64,000 nucleotides of DNA from contig JBBIML010000015.1 of the NCBI GenBank assembly GCA_037444405.1, positions 1 to 64,000 on the forward strand, given 5' to 3'. Each line of letters opens with the position of its first letter. The first letter of the stretch is position 1. The translations under genes were made by a program, and so were the position numbers. The notes below the pieces were generated by a model. The model saw only the letters and a list, made by a program, of their open reading frames with translations, was not told the DNA's origin and ran no database searches. Positions 18,959 to 28,727 of this stretch are shown in pieces. This stretch comes from Armatimonadota bacterium (GTDB taxonomy: Bacteria; Armatimonadota; Fimbriimonadia; Fimbriimonadales; GBS-DC).

Positions 18959-20061
18959 AACCGCTCGATTCGCACTGGGTGGCAGAGGTTCGGCGGCGGT
19001 TGCGGGAGTGGTTTCGGCAGGCGCGCCGCGCCCTGCCCTGGCGAGCGACCCGCGATCCCTATCGCATCTGGGTCTCCGAGATTATGCTTCAGCAGACGCA
19101 GGTGGCGACGGTTATCCCCTACTATGAGCGATTTATTCAGCGGTTCCCGACGGTGCAGGCGCTGGCGGAGGCGCCGCTGGCAGAGGTGCTGCGCTACTGG
19201 GAGGGGCTGGGCTACTATTCGCGGGCGCGGAACCTGCATCGCGCGGCACAGCAGATTGTTCAGCAGGGTGGCGAGCTGCCGCGTGAGGTAGCGCGACTGC
19301 GCGAGCTGCCTGGCATCGGCGCATACACGGCGGGCGCGATTGCCAGCCTCGCCTTCAATCAGCCAGAGCCTGTGGTGGACGGCAATGTGGTGCGCGTGCT
19401 GGCGCGCCTGCTGTGGCTCAAAGGCGACGCGCGACGCCTGCGCACTCAGCCCGCGGTGTGGGCGCTCACCCGCCAGCTGGTCGACCCCGACGACCCTGCC
19501 ACCTTCAATCAGGCGTTGATGGAGCTGGGTTCCACGATTTGCCTGCCGGGTCAGCCGCGCTGTGGCGAATGCCCCCTGCAGGCGCTCTGTTCAGCGTATC
19601 AGCGTGGCGAGCCGACCGCCGTGCCAGAAACCGCTCCTGCCCGACCGACCGTGCAGGTGATCGATGTGTCCGCGCTCATCTGGCACGAGGGACGCCTGCT
19701 GCTGGCGCAGCGCCCGAATGAGGGGCTGTGGGGTGGTTTGTGGGAGTTCCCGCGTGCCACGCGCGAGGGACGCGAGACGCTGGAGACCATCGCCCATCGT
19801 GCCGCACACAAACTGGGCGTGCAGGTGGAGCCGATTCGCCTGCTGGGGCATGTGCGCCACACCGTGACCTATCATGCCATTCGGCTCTACGGCTACCTCT
19901 GCCTGCTGGAGTCGGGCGAGCCGCGCCCCTGCAACGAGTACGCCTCCCTGCGCTGGGTCGCACCCGATGAGCTGGACCAGCTCCCCCTCTCCGCTCCCCA
20001 GCGCCGCCTGACGAAAATGCTGACCAAAAACTCCTGGATCGTCGCCGAGATGATGGCATGA
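18955..20061 (+). CDS. mutY: A/G-specific adenine glycosylase
   Basis: WVSEIMLQQTQV, GLGYYSRARN, LPGIGAYTA, VDGNV, FeS cluster Cys motif, NUDIX-like C-terminus. Confidence 0.96.
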   Translation: MKPLDSHWVAEVRRRLREWFRQARRALPWRATRDPYRIWVSEIMLQQTQVATVIPYYERFIQRFPTVQALAEAPLAEVLRYWEGLGYYSRARNLHRAAQQIVQQGGELPREVARLRELPGIGAYTAGAIASLAFNQPEPVVDGNVVRVLARLLWLKGDARRLRTQPAVWALTRQLVDPDDPATFNQALMELGSTICLPGQPRCGECPLQALCSAYQRGEPTAVPETAPARPTVQVIDVSALIWHEGRLLLAQRPNEGLWGGLWEFPRATREGRETLETIAHRAAHKLGVQVEPIRLLGHVRHTVTYHAIRLYGYLCLLESGEPRPCNEYASLRWVAPDELDQLPLSAPQRRLTKMLTKNSWIVAEMMA

Positions 20062-20110
20062 TTATAACCGCTCTTTCAGGTATACTCCTCTGCACGGGAG
20101 GTTGCGACTG

Positions 20111-22126
20111 ATGGCAAGGGGGACGGCTGCTCTGTTGCTCATGGGACTGCTCTCAGCTGGAGCCTGGGCGTCTCGCCCACAGGATGTGGATCCGCCCTCA
20201 ATCCCCGCTCAACGACTCAGCAAGCCGCCGGTAATCGACGGCGTGATTCAACCCGACGAGTGGGCGGAGGCGCTCGTGATTCGCGATTTCTGGTTCCCGG
20301 CGCGCCAGCAGCGGGGCGAGTTCCCCACGACTGCCTATCTGGGCTATACCGCCGACGCCATCTATGTCGCCTTCGAGTGTGAAGACCCTGAACCCAGCCA
20401 GATACGGGCGCAGGAGACCAAACGCGGCGGCGCGCTGGAGAAAGATGATGTGGTTTCTGTGCTGATAGAGCCACAGTGCCGACGCCTGGAACCGTACTGG
20501 TTTTCGGTGAATCCGATTAGCACCTTATCGGAGAGCATTCCGGGCGGCAGCACGGAGAACATCCGCTGGCGTGGCGATTGGGAGGCGAAAGCGCGGATTC
20601 ACGAGAAGGGCTGGAGCGCGGAGATTCGCATCCCGTTCCGTATCCTGCGCTACCCGTCGGGTCAGCAACGGTTCGGGATTGCTCTGGTGCGCTTCATCCC
20701 GCGCCGTCAGGAGATCTATGTGTTTCCGAACATGGGCGCCTATTTCGACGAGAAGCGCCACACGGTGTGGGAGAGCGTTCAGCCGCCTGCCCTGCGGCGA
20801 CCGATTATCGTGATGCCCTACTGGCTGGGCGACGCGAACGGCTCCGAGCGCGCCACGCGCGGCGGGCTGGACATCAAATATGTGTCGGAGGGTGGACAGA
20901 CCACCCTGCTCACGCTCCAGCCCGATTTTGAGAACATCGCGGGCGATGTGGCGAATGTGAGCTTCTCTTATGCCGAGAAGGTGCTGACCGAAACGCGCCC
21001 CTTCTTTCAGGAAGGCAGCGCCTTCCTGCCGCCACGCTCGGTTTTCTACAGCGTGCGTGTAGGGGAGCTGAACGGCGGGCTGAAATCGTTCGGTACCGTC
21101 GGCAACTGGTCTTATGGCATTCTGGGCGCCGAGTATGAGGCGCAGGCGAATCGGCGGCAACTGCTGACGGGGCGGATGCGCTATCAGTTCGCGCCGCGCT
21201 CGTTTGTTGGGCTAATCGGGCTGGGCAATCGGCGTGGCGGTGTGGAGGAACAGGTGTGGGGCGGCGAGCTGGACTGGCGGCGCACCACCAGCAACGGCGA
21301 GTGGCGACTGGCGGGACTGCACACCCGCCTGCAGGGCGAGCGAGAGGGCACCTACAGCCTTGCCCGCATCGAGCGCAATGCGCCCAATCGCCAGCTCAGC
21401 TGGTACATCCAGTGGACGGACATCGCGCCCCACTATCGCCCCCGCCTGGCGTTTGTGCCCGAACGCGGCTGGCGCGGTCTGGAGATGAGAACTTTTTACT
21501 TTGACCAGCCTGAAGGAGGCACCTTCCTGCGCTGGGATCTGAGCGCAACAATATTCAACCGTCGACTTTACGGGGGCGGCACGCTGGACGAGGGCTACTA
21601 TATCGGCGCGGGCGCGCTCCTCCGCAACTATCTCGAAGCAAGGATTGCACTGGGCTACCTTCGCCGCCCGCCCAACATCGACCGCACGGTAGACCTGTTC
21701 CTGCGCTGGAACGCGCTCGATCTCTATCGCAACGGTGGGGTGCTCACCCTGTTCGGCACGCAGAACGGCGGGCGCAGCTTCTACGCCTCGCTCTGGCAGG
21801 GGCTGGAGCTGGCGCCGCGCCTGCGACTGAACATCTCGCTCGAACACCAGCAGATTGACTATCCCGACACGCCTGATGATGACCGCTCGCGGCAAGCCAT
21901 TATCACGCTAAGCTACGAGATCACACCGGAGCGCGTGCTGAGCGGGCGGCTGGTGGTCAATCACATCGAGTCGGGCGGTGAGGTGACCAGCACGCGCAAC
22001 TTCTATCTGACCTATCTGCAACGGGTTCGGCGCGGGCTGGACATCTATTTCATCTACGGCTTGCCGAACGCCGAACGCACGCAGAACCGATTCGCCATCA
22101 AAATCGTGACCCCGCTGGAGTGGTGA
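20111..22126 (+). CDS. Secreted CBM9-like domain protein with probable outer-membrane beta-barrel (DUF5916-like)
   Basis: Signal peptide, PVIDG...DEW, GWSAEIRIPF, TLQPDF, ETRPFFQE, C-terminal aromatic residue. Confidence 0.75.
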   Translation: MARGTAALLLMGLLSAGAWASRPQDVDPPSIPAQRLSKPPVIDGVIQPDEWAEALVIRDFWFPARQQRGEFPTTAYLGYTADAIYVAFECEDPEPSQIRAQETKRGGALEKDDVVSVLIEPQCRRLEPYWFSVNPISTLSESIPGGSTENIRWRGDWEAKARIHEKGWSAEIRIPFRILRYPSGQQRFGIALVRFIPRRQEIYVFPNMGAYFDEKRHTVWESVQPPALRRPIIVMPYWLGDANGSERATRGGLDIKYVSEGGQTTLLTLQPDFENIAGDVANVSFSYAEKVLTETRPFFQEGSAFLPPRSVFYSVRVGELNGGLKSFGTVGNWSYGILGAEYEAQANRRQLLTGRMRYQFAPRSFVGLIGLGNRRGGVEEQVWGGELDWRRTTSNGEWRLAGLHTRLQGEREGTYSLARIERNAPNRQLSWYIQWTDIAPHYRPRLAFVPERGWRGLEMRTFYFDQPEGGTFLRWDLSATIFNRRLYGGGTLDEGYYIGAGALLRNYLEARIALGYLRRPPNIDRTVDLFLRWNALDLYRNGGVLTLFGTQNGGRSFYASLWQGLELAPRLRLNISLEHQQIDYPDTPDDDRSRQAIITLSYEITPERVLSGRLVVNHIESGGEVTSTRNFYLTYLQRVRRGLDIYFIYGLPNAERTQNRFAIKIVTPLEW

Positions 22127-22176
22127 GGTTCGTTTCGGAACAGCCGAAGCCACCCTGCAAACGAAGCCGATCGGCG

Positions 22177-22217
22177 GCAGCCCCTCTCCCACAGCGCCGG
22201 GATACCAGAGGGGGGCT
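22177..22217. terminator. GC-rich hairpin between convergent genes (degenerate REP-like)
   Basis: AGCCCCTCT...AGAGGGGGGCT between the stops at 22126 and 22247. Confidence 0.45.
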
Positions 22218-22246
22218 AAACTGCCTGTCAGCCGTTGCGCGTGAAA

Positions 22247-23047
22247 CTATTTGCGCGAGGGGCGATCCAGCGCCCGCCCGTTGCGACCCTGCCGGATCTC
22301 CTCCATAAACTGGAGCAGGTGTTCCAGTTCGGGATACATGGGCAGCTCGGCGCGAATACGCTCCATCGCTTGCGTGAGGTTCAAACCGGCGTAGAACAGC
22401 AGGCGGCAGGCGGTTTTGAGGGCGGCGCGCACCTCTTCGGGGATGCCCGCCCGCCGCAGACCCACCAGATTGATACCGTACACGCGCGCGGGGCTGCCCT
22501 CCACCAGCATGTAGGGCGGCACATCCCGCGTGATGCGCGACATGCCGCCCACCATCGCCAGCCGTCCGATGCGCGTGTGCTGATGGATGCCTGTCATCCC
22601 GCCGATATTCGCCCCATCGCCAATCACACAGTGCCCGCTGATGCCGACCGAGTTCGCTATCACCACGCCGTTGCCCACGCGGCTATTGTGCCCGATATGC
22701 ACATATGCCATCAGGAAGTTGTCGTCGCCAATGATGGTCGCCTCACCTTCGCCACTGGCGCGATGAATCGTCACATACTCGCGGATCAGGTTGTTGTCGC
22801 CGATGCGCAGGAAGGTTCGCTCATGCTTATACTTGCGATCCTGCGGGGGCGCGCCCAGCACCGACCCGTAGTAGATGTGATTGTTTTTGCCGATGAAGGT
22901 GTTCTCCTCGATAATCACATGCGCCTCGATAATCGTGCCGCTATCGATCTGCACATTCGGACCGATAATGGCGTAGGCGCCGACCTGCACATCATCGGCA
23001 AGCTCGGCTCTCGGATGCACCATTGCTGTCGGATGAATCGTTGCCAT
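22247..23047 (-). CDS. lpxA: UDP-N-acetylglucosamine O-acyltransferase
   Basis: IHPTAMV, hexapeptide repeats, PQD.KY, IREYVTIHR, INLVGLRRAG. Confidence 0.96.
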   Translation of the reverse strand: MATIHPTAMVHPRAELADDVQVGAYAIIGPNVQIDSGTIIEAHVIIEENTFIGKNNHIYYGSVLGAPPQDRKYKHERTFLRIGDNNLIREYVTIHRASGEGEATIIGDDNFLMAYVHIGHNSRVGNGVVIANSVGISGHCVIGDGANIGGMTGIHQHTRIGRLAMVGGMSRITRDVPPYMLVEGSPARVYGINLVGLRRAGIPEEVRAALKTACRLLFYAGLNLTQAMERIRAELPMYPELEHLLQFMEEIRQGRNGRALDRPSRK

Positions 23048-23058
23048 CGTTGTACCCC

Positions 23059-23550
23059 TCAAGTTTGTGGTGTGGCGCGATTGGGCGCAAGCGAATCGGT
23101 GGTGAATCGGTCGGGGTCTAACAGCGCGAAGGTGATGTCGGCTTCGGCGACGGTTTCCTCACCCACGCGGGCGACGGCATGCACGCGCCCCACATCGCGC
23201 CGTATCCACAGCATCTCCACTTCGATCAGGAGCGTGTCACCGGGCACCACGGGGCGTCGGAAACGCACATTGTCCAGCCCGCCCAGGAGCGCCGCCTTCT
23301 CCTGATTGCCCGGCATCGTCATCACCATCACCGCGCCCACCTGCGCCATCGATTCGACGATTAGGACGCCTGGCATAATCGCCCGCGCGGGGAAGTGCCC
23401 CTGAAAGAAGCTCTCGTTGACCGTTACATTTTTCAAGCCGACCACGCGCTTGCCCGGCTCCAGCTCCAGAATCCGATCCACCAGCAGGAACGGATACCGG
23501 TGCGGGATCAGGCGGCGGATCTGCTCCACATCCAGCGTCCATTCAGCCAT
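23059..23550 (-). CDS. fabZ: 3-hydroxyacyl-ACP dehydratase
   Basis: PHRYPFLLVDR, FFQGHFP, PGVLIVESMAQ, FRRPVVPGD. Confidence 0.97.
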   Translation of the reverse strand: MAEWTLDVEQIRRLIPHRYPFLLVDRILELEPGKRVVGLKNVTVNESFFQGHFPARAIMPGVLIVESMAQVGAVMVMTMPGNQEKAALLGGLDNVRFRRPVVPGDTLLIEVEMLWIRRDVGRVHAVARVGEETVAEADITFALLDPDRFTTDSLAPNRATPQT

Positions 23551-24388
23551 CGCGCTCCTCCGTCCGTGTCTGCCATTGCGGTCGCCGCTGCGCGATTGCC
23601 TGCGACAGGCGCACATCGAGCGCGTGCCCGGGCTTGATGGCAATCAGCGTGAACGCGCTCAGACGCGCGCCACACAGCATCAGGTCGCCCAGCACATCCA
23701 GCACCTTATGGCGCAGCGGTTCGTCCGCGAAGCGTGCCGTATTATAATACCCGTCAGGCGCGATGATTAAGGCGTTGTCCAGCGAGCCGCCGCGCGCCAG
23801 CCCCTGCTGCTGGAGCTGTTCCAGCTCATGCAAAAAGCCGAAGGTGCGCGCGGGCGCAATCTGCTCGCGGAACTGGCGTAAATCGAACCCGCCTGCCTGA
23901 ACCCCAATCGGCGGCGGGAACTGGATGTAGCCGAACGCATGCAGGTCGCCTGGCAGCACGCCCACCGCCCTATCCTCCTGCTGAACCCACACAGGCTCAC
24001 TCACCTGTACGGCTGGCTCTTCGCCCACGACGCAGACGCCCGCCTGCTCCATTAGCTCCAGAAAGGGCAACGCGCTGCCGTCCAGAATGGGCACTTCACT
24101 GCCCGCCAGCACCTCCAGCAGGCAGTCGGTGATGCCGAGCGCCCACAGCGCCGCGAGCAGATGCTCGACCGTGCCCAGCGTGCAATCGCCCTCGCCCAGC
24201 ACGACGGCGCGGTTCGTGTCGCGCACGTAGTCCCAGCGCGCGGGGAACTGGCTCGCGCCTTTACGGATGAGCAGTCCGCCTTCGAACGGGTGCAGACGCA
24301 GATGGGCGTGCTGACCCGTGTGCAGTCCGACACCTGTGATGTCCACAGGTGTTGCGAGCGTGCGCCGTTCAGCGCGGCGGCTGTCCAC
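23543..24388 (-). CDS. lpxC: UDP-3-O-acyl-N-acetylglucosamine deacetylase
   Basis: GVGLHTG, TVEHLLAAL, EVPILDGSA, APARTFGF, HKVLDVLGDL, PGH. Confidence 0.96.
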   Translation of the reverse strand: MDSRRAERRTLATPVDITGVGLHTGQHAHLRLHPFEGGLLIRKGASQFPARWDYVRDTNRAVVLGEGDCTLGTVEHLLAALWALGITDCLLEVLAGSEVPILDGSALPFLELMEQAGVCVVGEEPAVQVSEPVWVQQEDRAVGVLPGDLHAFGYIQFPPPIGVQAGGFDLRQFREQIAPARTFGFLHELEQLQQQGLARGGSLDNALIIAPDGYYNTARFADEPLRHKVLDVLGDLMLCGARLSAFTLIAIKPGHALDVRLSQAIAQRRPQWQTRTEERDG

Positions 24389-25709
24389 CCGATTCTTCCT
24401 CCTCTTCGGTGTAGTACACAATGCCGCTGCCCCCTTCGGGCGCCCGCACCCATTCCTCGCCTTCCTTCACCGACACAATCAGGCGCGGCGCCACGAACCT
24501 GCCATCGGGGTCTTCCAGCGTGACATTGCCCATCAGGGTCAGAATCTCGTTCTTCTGGTCGTACTCGGCGCGGTCGGCGGTCAGCTGGCGCTGCTTGCCG
24601 TTCTTGAGCCGCTGGATTGCCCTGATGCCGCCCGTGATGCGCGCCACCTTCTTGCGGTAGAAATACTCGATCTGCCCACATACGGCTTCGACAGGATAGC
24701 GCTTCGCCTCTTTCAGCTTATCTTCTTCCTCGCCTTCGGCGGGTTGCTGGTTCGGCTCCTCACGCGGTTTGATCAGCAGGCGCACATTCTGGCTGAGCAT
24801 CGCCCGCTTCTGGTTGTCGGCGTACCAGAGTTCGAGCTTGCTCGCGGCGAGGTCGATGCGCGGGTCTTTCAGCCACAGGTTGCCTGTGGCAATCACATAT
24901 TTGCGCTTATTGTCCACTTCGGCGGCGGGCGCGTAGGCGGTCGTGTCGCCATCGCGAAAGTTCAGCTCGCTGCCCTTCTGCAATCCGCTGGCGTCCCAGA
25001 ACCATGAGCCAAACTTAACTTCCACCTCGCGGCGGTTGGGCGGCTCGCCTGTCTGGAGCCGTATCGCGCCGCGCTCGATCAGCAGCGAGCGCTCGCGGAA
25101 GCTGTAGGCGAGCCGTGCCGCGCGCGCCGAGCCGTCGCGCCAGCGCAGCTGGAACGGCTGCTCGATGGTGAGCCGCATCGTGCGCAGGTCGCAATCGACC
25201 ATCGGCGCCTCGATGGTCAGGGGCGACGCGCTGGCTAAGATAGGGTTCTGCAGCAGCGTGATGGTGGGCGTGCCGAGAATGTGCAGGCGGCGCATCGGCT
25301 GATTGTGGAGCATCTCGCGAGCGGTGGCATATCCCAGCGGTTTGCCCGCCTCGTCGTAGAAAGTGCCCCTCTGAAGGCTGATGGCTCGCCAGTGGATGCG
25401 GTTCTTTTCGACCTCGATGCGCTCCACCTGCAGCGTTGCCAGCACGCGCCTGTCCTCACGCAGGGTGATCAGCGCTTCATCCAGGCGCAGCTCGATGTTT
25501 TGCAGTCCCGACTGCGCCATCTGCTGCGCCAGTCGCGCAAACGGGTCCTGACGGCGCAACAGTTCGATGCCCCACAGCAGGGCAACGGCGACGCTCAACG
25601 CGAGCAGCAGGCGAACAAAAGCCATCCAGGGAGGCACGCGCCGGGTGAGCGGTGCCTCCAGCCGAGCCATTTTTGGTGATGGCAGCCCCTCAGGGACAAT
25701 CCTCATCAA
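24369..25709 (-). CDS. Membrane-anchored LptA/LptC (OstA-like) LPS transport protein
   Basis: N-terminal TM helix; beta-jellyroll-like repeats such as 'LTADRAEYDQKNEILTLMGNVTL' and 'IATGNLWL'; sits in the lipid A operon. Confidence 0.7.
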   Translation of the reverse strand: MMRIVPEGLPSPKMARLEAPLTRRVPPWMAFVRLLLALSVAVALLWGIELLRRQDPFARLAQQMAQSGLQNIELRLDEALITLREDRRVLATLQVERIEVEKNRIHWRAISLQRGTFYDEAGKPLGYATAREMLHNQPMRRLHILGTPTITLLQNPILASASPLTIEAPMVDCDLRTMRLTIEQPFQLRWRDGSARAARLAYSFRERSLLIERGAIRLQTGEPPNRREVEVKFGSWFWDASGLQKGSELNFRDGDTTAYAPAAEVDNKRKYVIATGNLWLKDPRIDLAASKLELWYADNQKRAMLSQNVRLLIKPREEPNQQPAEGEEEDKLKEAKRYPVEAVCGQIEYFYRKKVARITGGIRAIQRLKNGKQRQLTADRAEYDQKNEILTLMGNVTLEDPDGRFVAPRLIVSVKEGEEWVRAPEGGSGIVYYTEEEEESGGQPPR

Positions 25710-26289
25710 TCGGTGGCGGCGGCGCGATCGAGCTGTTCGGGTAAATCTCGACCGTGCCGAAATCGATCAAGCCAGGTGAGCCGAACACCGTGCCGACGAC
25801 GCCCGCCCGCTCCGATGCAATCAGGCAGCCGCCGCTGGTGTTCGGATCCGCGGGCAGCTGAATCATGCGCACCCTGCCCGATGGATCGATATGCCTGATA
25901 ATGGCGGTGTAGTTGGCTGGCTTCTGAATCCAGATGCCGCGAAAGCGCACATTGGAGGGCACATTGCGCAGGATGAAGTCGCCCTCGCGCGCGTTCGGGT
26001 TGAACACTCTGGCGATATTGAGCGCGATCTCATCCGAGTCAGGCTGCCCTGCCACGACGCGCCGAAAACTCAGATCGCCCTGATCGGTCAGAAACAGCAC
26101 GGTGGCGTCACCAATCGGCGCTTTCGTAACGGAGTCGATCACGCGCAGGTAGGCGACGCGCTCCTGAACGATGACGCCGCCGCCACCGCCTGCACCACCG
26201 CCGCCGCAACCGTTCAGCAGCGGCAACACCAGAATCGCTGCAATCCGTAGCCACCAGCTCGCTCGTCTCATTCGCTCTCTTGCCTCCAT
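25690..26289 (-). CDS. Lipoprotein of unknown function
   Basis: Lipobox LLNGC followed by a Gly-rich linker; first gene of the lpx operon. Confidence 0.75.
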   Translation of the reverse strand: MEARERMRRASWWLRIAAILVLPLLNGCGGGGAGGGGGVIVQERVAYLRVIDSVTKAPIGDATVLFLTDQGDLSFRRVVAGQPDSDEIALNIARVFNPNAREGDFILRNVPSNVRFRGIWIQKPANYTAIIRHIDPSGRVRMIQLPADPNTSGGCLIASERAGVVGTVFGSPGLIDFGTVEIYPNSSIAPPPPIDEDCP

Positions 26290-26300
26290 ATCGTTCGACG

Positions 26301-26327
26301 ATTCAGCCTGCCGTTTGATTTTCCTGC
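26301..26327 (-). promoter_or_regulatory. Candidate sigma-H-type promoter of the lipoprotein-lpt-lpxC-fabZ-lpxA operon
   Basis: Minus strand GCAGGAAAA, N11, GCTGAAT, matching RNAGGAWWW-N11/12-RNNGAAT. Confidence 0.45.
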
Positions 26328-26363
26328 AAGCGATTATACCTTCCCGTCGGGTACACTCCCGGT

Positions 26364-27782
26364 GTGGGGCGACTGGAGTTCGATCCGGAGACCTTGCGCC
26401 AGATGGGTTATCGGGTGATCGACCTGCTGGTCGACTACTGGCAGAGCCTGTCGCAGCAGCCGCTGGGTCGGCGTCCGCCGCGCGAGGAGCTGGAGCCGTT
26501 ATTGAGCGAGCCAATCCCGACTGTGCCCCAGCCGTTTGAAAGCGTCCTGCAGGAGTTCCAGCAGAAGGTGCTGCCGAATGTGATCCATGTGGATCACCCG
26601 CGCTATTTTGCCTTTGTGCCCGCGCCGAACAACCCGGTGGGCGCGCTGGCGGACGCGCTGGCGGCGGGCACGAACATCTTTGTGGGCACATGGATGGTGG
26701 GCGCGGGCGCGACGCAGGTGGAGCGCGTGGTGGTCGACTGGCTCCGTCAGCTGCTCGGCATGCCCGAAACGGCGGGCGGGCTGTTCGTGAGCGGCGGCTC
26801 GGTCGCCAATCTGGTTGCGCTCGCCGCCGCGCGGCGCCATCAGCTGGGCGACGATTTCACGCGCGGCACGGTCTACTTCTCCGATCAAACCCACTCCTGC
26901 GTGGAGCGGGCGCTGCGCATTCTGGGCTTCCGCAGGGAGCAGATGCGCGTTCTGCCCGCCGATGACAACTTTCGCCTGCCGCTCGATGCGCTGCAGGCGC
27001 AGATAGAAGCCGACCGCTCAGCGGGCTGGCAGCCGTTTTGCATCGTGGCGAACGCGGGCACGACCAATACGGGCGCCGTTGATCCCCTGCCCGAGCTGAT
27101 CCAGCTCTGTCGGCAGGAGCGGCTCTGGCTCCATGTGGACGGCGCGTACGGCGCGGCGATGGTGCTGACCGACGAGGGCAGACGCCTGCTGAAGGGCATC
27201 GGCGAGGTCGACTCGCTGGCAATCGACCCGCACAAGGGCTTCTATCAGCCGATGGCAGCCGGCTGTGTGCTGACCCGCGAGTTCGAGCATCTGCGCGACG
27301 CCTTCCGAATCCTGCCGCCCTACCTGCAGGATAAGGAGCGAGGACTGCCCGGCATCGACCTGTGTGACTATGGGGTGGAACTCTCGCGCGGGTTCCGTGC
27401 GCTCAAGCTCTGGATGTCGCTCAAGGTGTTCGGACTGGACGCCTTTCGGCAGACGATGGAGCATAATCTGGCGTTGGCTCGCCTTGCCGAATCGCTCCTG
27501 CGCGAGCGGGCGGGCTGGCAGATTGTCTCACCCGCGACGCTGGGCATCGTGGCGTTCCGCTATGCGCCGCCCGACCTGCCCGACGAATCTGTCGACGCGC
27601 TCAATCGTGCCCTGGTGGACGCGATGATGAGCGACGGCTTCGCGATGGTCAGCTCCACCCTTTTGCACGGGCGCGTGACCCTGCGCATGTGTACGCTGAA
27701 CCCGCGCGCCACCGAAACGGATGTGCAGGAGACCATCGCCCGCTTAGACTGTTTCGCCCGCCAGCTCCACGCGCAACGGTGA
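26364..27782 (+). CDS. Group II PLP-dependent (aromatic amino acid-type) decarboxylase
   Basis: HPRYFAF, SGGSVAN, AGTTNTGAVD, HVDGAYG, DPHK. Confidence 0.93.
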   Translation: MGRLEFDPETLRQMGYRVIDLLVDYWQSLSQQPLGRRPPREELEPLLSEPIPTVPQPFESVLQEFQQKVLPNVIHVDHPRYFAFVPAPNNPVGALADALAAGTNIFVGTWMVGAGATQVERVVVDWLRQLLGMPETAGGLFVSGGSVANLVALAAARRHQLGDDFTRGTVYFSDQTHSCVERALRILGFRREQMRVLPADDNFRLPLDALQAQIEADRSAGWQPFCIVANAGTTNTGAVDPLPELIQLCRQERLWLHVDGAYGAAMVLTDEGRRLLKGIGEVDSLAIDPHKGFYQPMAAGCVLTREFEHLRDAFRILPPYLQDKERGLPGIDLCDYGVELSRGFRALKLWMSLKVFGLDAFRQTMEHNLALARLAESLLRERAGWQIVSPATLGIVAFRYAPPDLPDESVDALNRALVDAMMSDGFAMVSSTLLHGRVTLRMCTLNPRATETDVQETIARLDCFARQLHAQR

Positions 27783-27814
27783 GGTATTCTTCTGACGATG
27801 CAGGAGGCAGAACG

Positions 27815-28309
27815 ATGGACTTGAACAGCGCACTGGTTCATCTGGCGATTAACCATTTTCCTGTGATGGGCGCGATTGGCGCGGCGCTGATTATGCTGGG
27901 AGGGCTGATCCGCCGCAGCGCCGATGTGCAGAAGGTGGCGCTCGCAACGATGCTGATAGTCGGCTTGATGGCGTATCCGACCTATCTTTCGGGGCATCAG
28001 GCAGAGGAGCGCGTCGAGCATATGGCTGGCGTGGACAAAGCCGCACTGGAAGCCCACGAGGAGCTGGGCACGACGGGACTCTATGTGGGGCTTGCACTGG
28101 GGCTGATCGGGCTGGCGGGGCTGGTCATCAGCCGTGGGAAGTCGGTGCCTGTGGCGATGAGCATCGTCGCGCTGGCGGCAAGCCTGCTCGCATCAGGCTA
28201 TATGGGCTATGTCGCGCACTCTGGCGGGCTGATCCGCCATCCCGAAATCAGCGGCGCACCACCCACTCTTGGTGAAACGCACGAGTCGGAAGAAGGCGAG
28301 CATGAATGA
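27815..28309 (+). CDS. Membrane protein, DUF2231-like (His-containing)
   Basis: HLAINHFP, AHEE, GGLIRHPEI; four TM segments; AGGAGG RBS. Confidence 0.7.
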   Translation: MDLNSALVHLAINHFPVMGAIGAALIMLGGLIRRSADVQKVALATMLIVGLMAYPTYLSGHQAEERVEHMAGVDKAALEAHEELGTTGLYVGLALGLIGLAGLVISRGKSVPVAMSIVALAASLLASGYMGYVAHSGGLIRHPEISGAPPTLGETHESEEGEHE

Positions 28310-28321
28310 GGGAGTGAAAGC

Positions 28322-28708
28322 GTGAGACCTGCAACCCGTCTGGTTGCGCTGACATGGCTGGCAATCGGCGTCAGCACGCTCTATCTGGCGTGGCGGGGTG
28401 CGCCGATGCCCGTCAGCCTCAAGTTCTTCGCCGTTTTGCAGGTGGCAGGCGCAATTCTGACCTCCCTGCGCCATCCAGCGGGCTGGCTCATCCTGATTAC
28501 CATGTCGGTCTTCACGATGGTGTCGGGGCTGTTCGCGCTCATCAGCGTGCCGTTTTTGCCGCCCGAATCGCTGAAGGACGCGCCGCGCATCGGTGGGCTG
28601 GACCCGCGCTGGCTGGCGAGCGCGACCGCGCTCTTCGCCGTTCTCTTCGGGCGAGCGAGCTGGCTCTGGCTGCGCAGGGACACGCCCAGCAACTGGCGAG
28701 CGGTATAA
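28322..28708 (+). CDS. Small membrane protein of unknown function
   Basis: About four hydrophobic helices; GGGAG RBS; operonic position. Confidence 0.6.
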   Translation: MRPATRLVALTWLAIGVSTLYLAWRGAPMPVSLKFFAVLQVAGAILTSLRHPAGWLILITMSVFTMVSGLFALISVPFLPPESLKDAPRIGGLDPRWLASATALFAVLFGRASWLWLRRDTPSNWRAV

Positions 28709-28727
28709 TTGAGCAGGTGATGCCAGT

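Noticed and set aside
20061..20066. Minus-strand TATAAT pointing into the 3' end of mutY (antisense promoter)
   Set aside because: A single hexamer with no downstream gene or other support; it may be chance or a relic.
26175..26207. GCC/ACC-rich low-complexity repeat
   Set aside because: It encodes the Gly-rich linker after the lipoprotein Cys and is not an independent repeat element.
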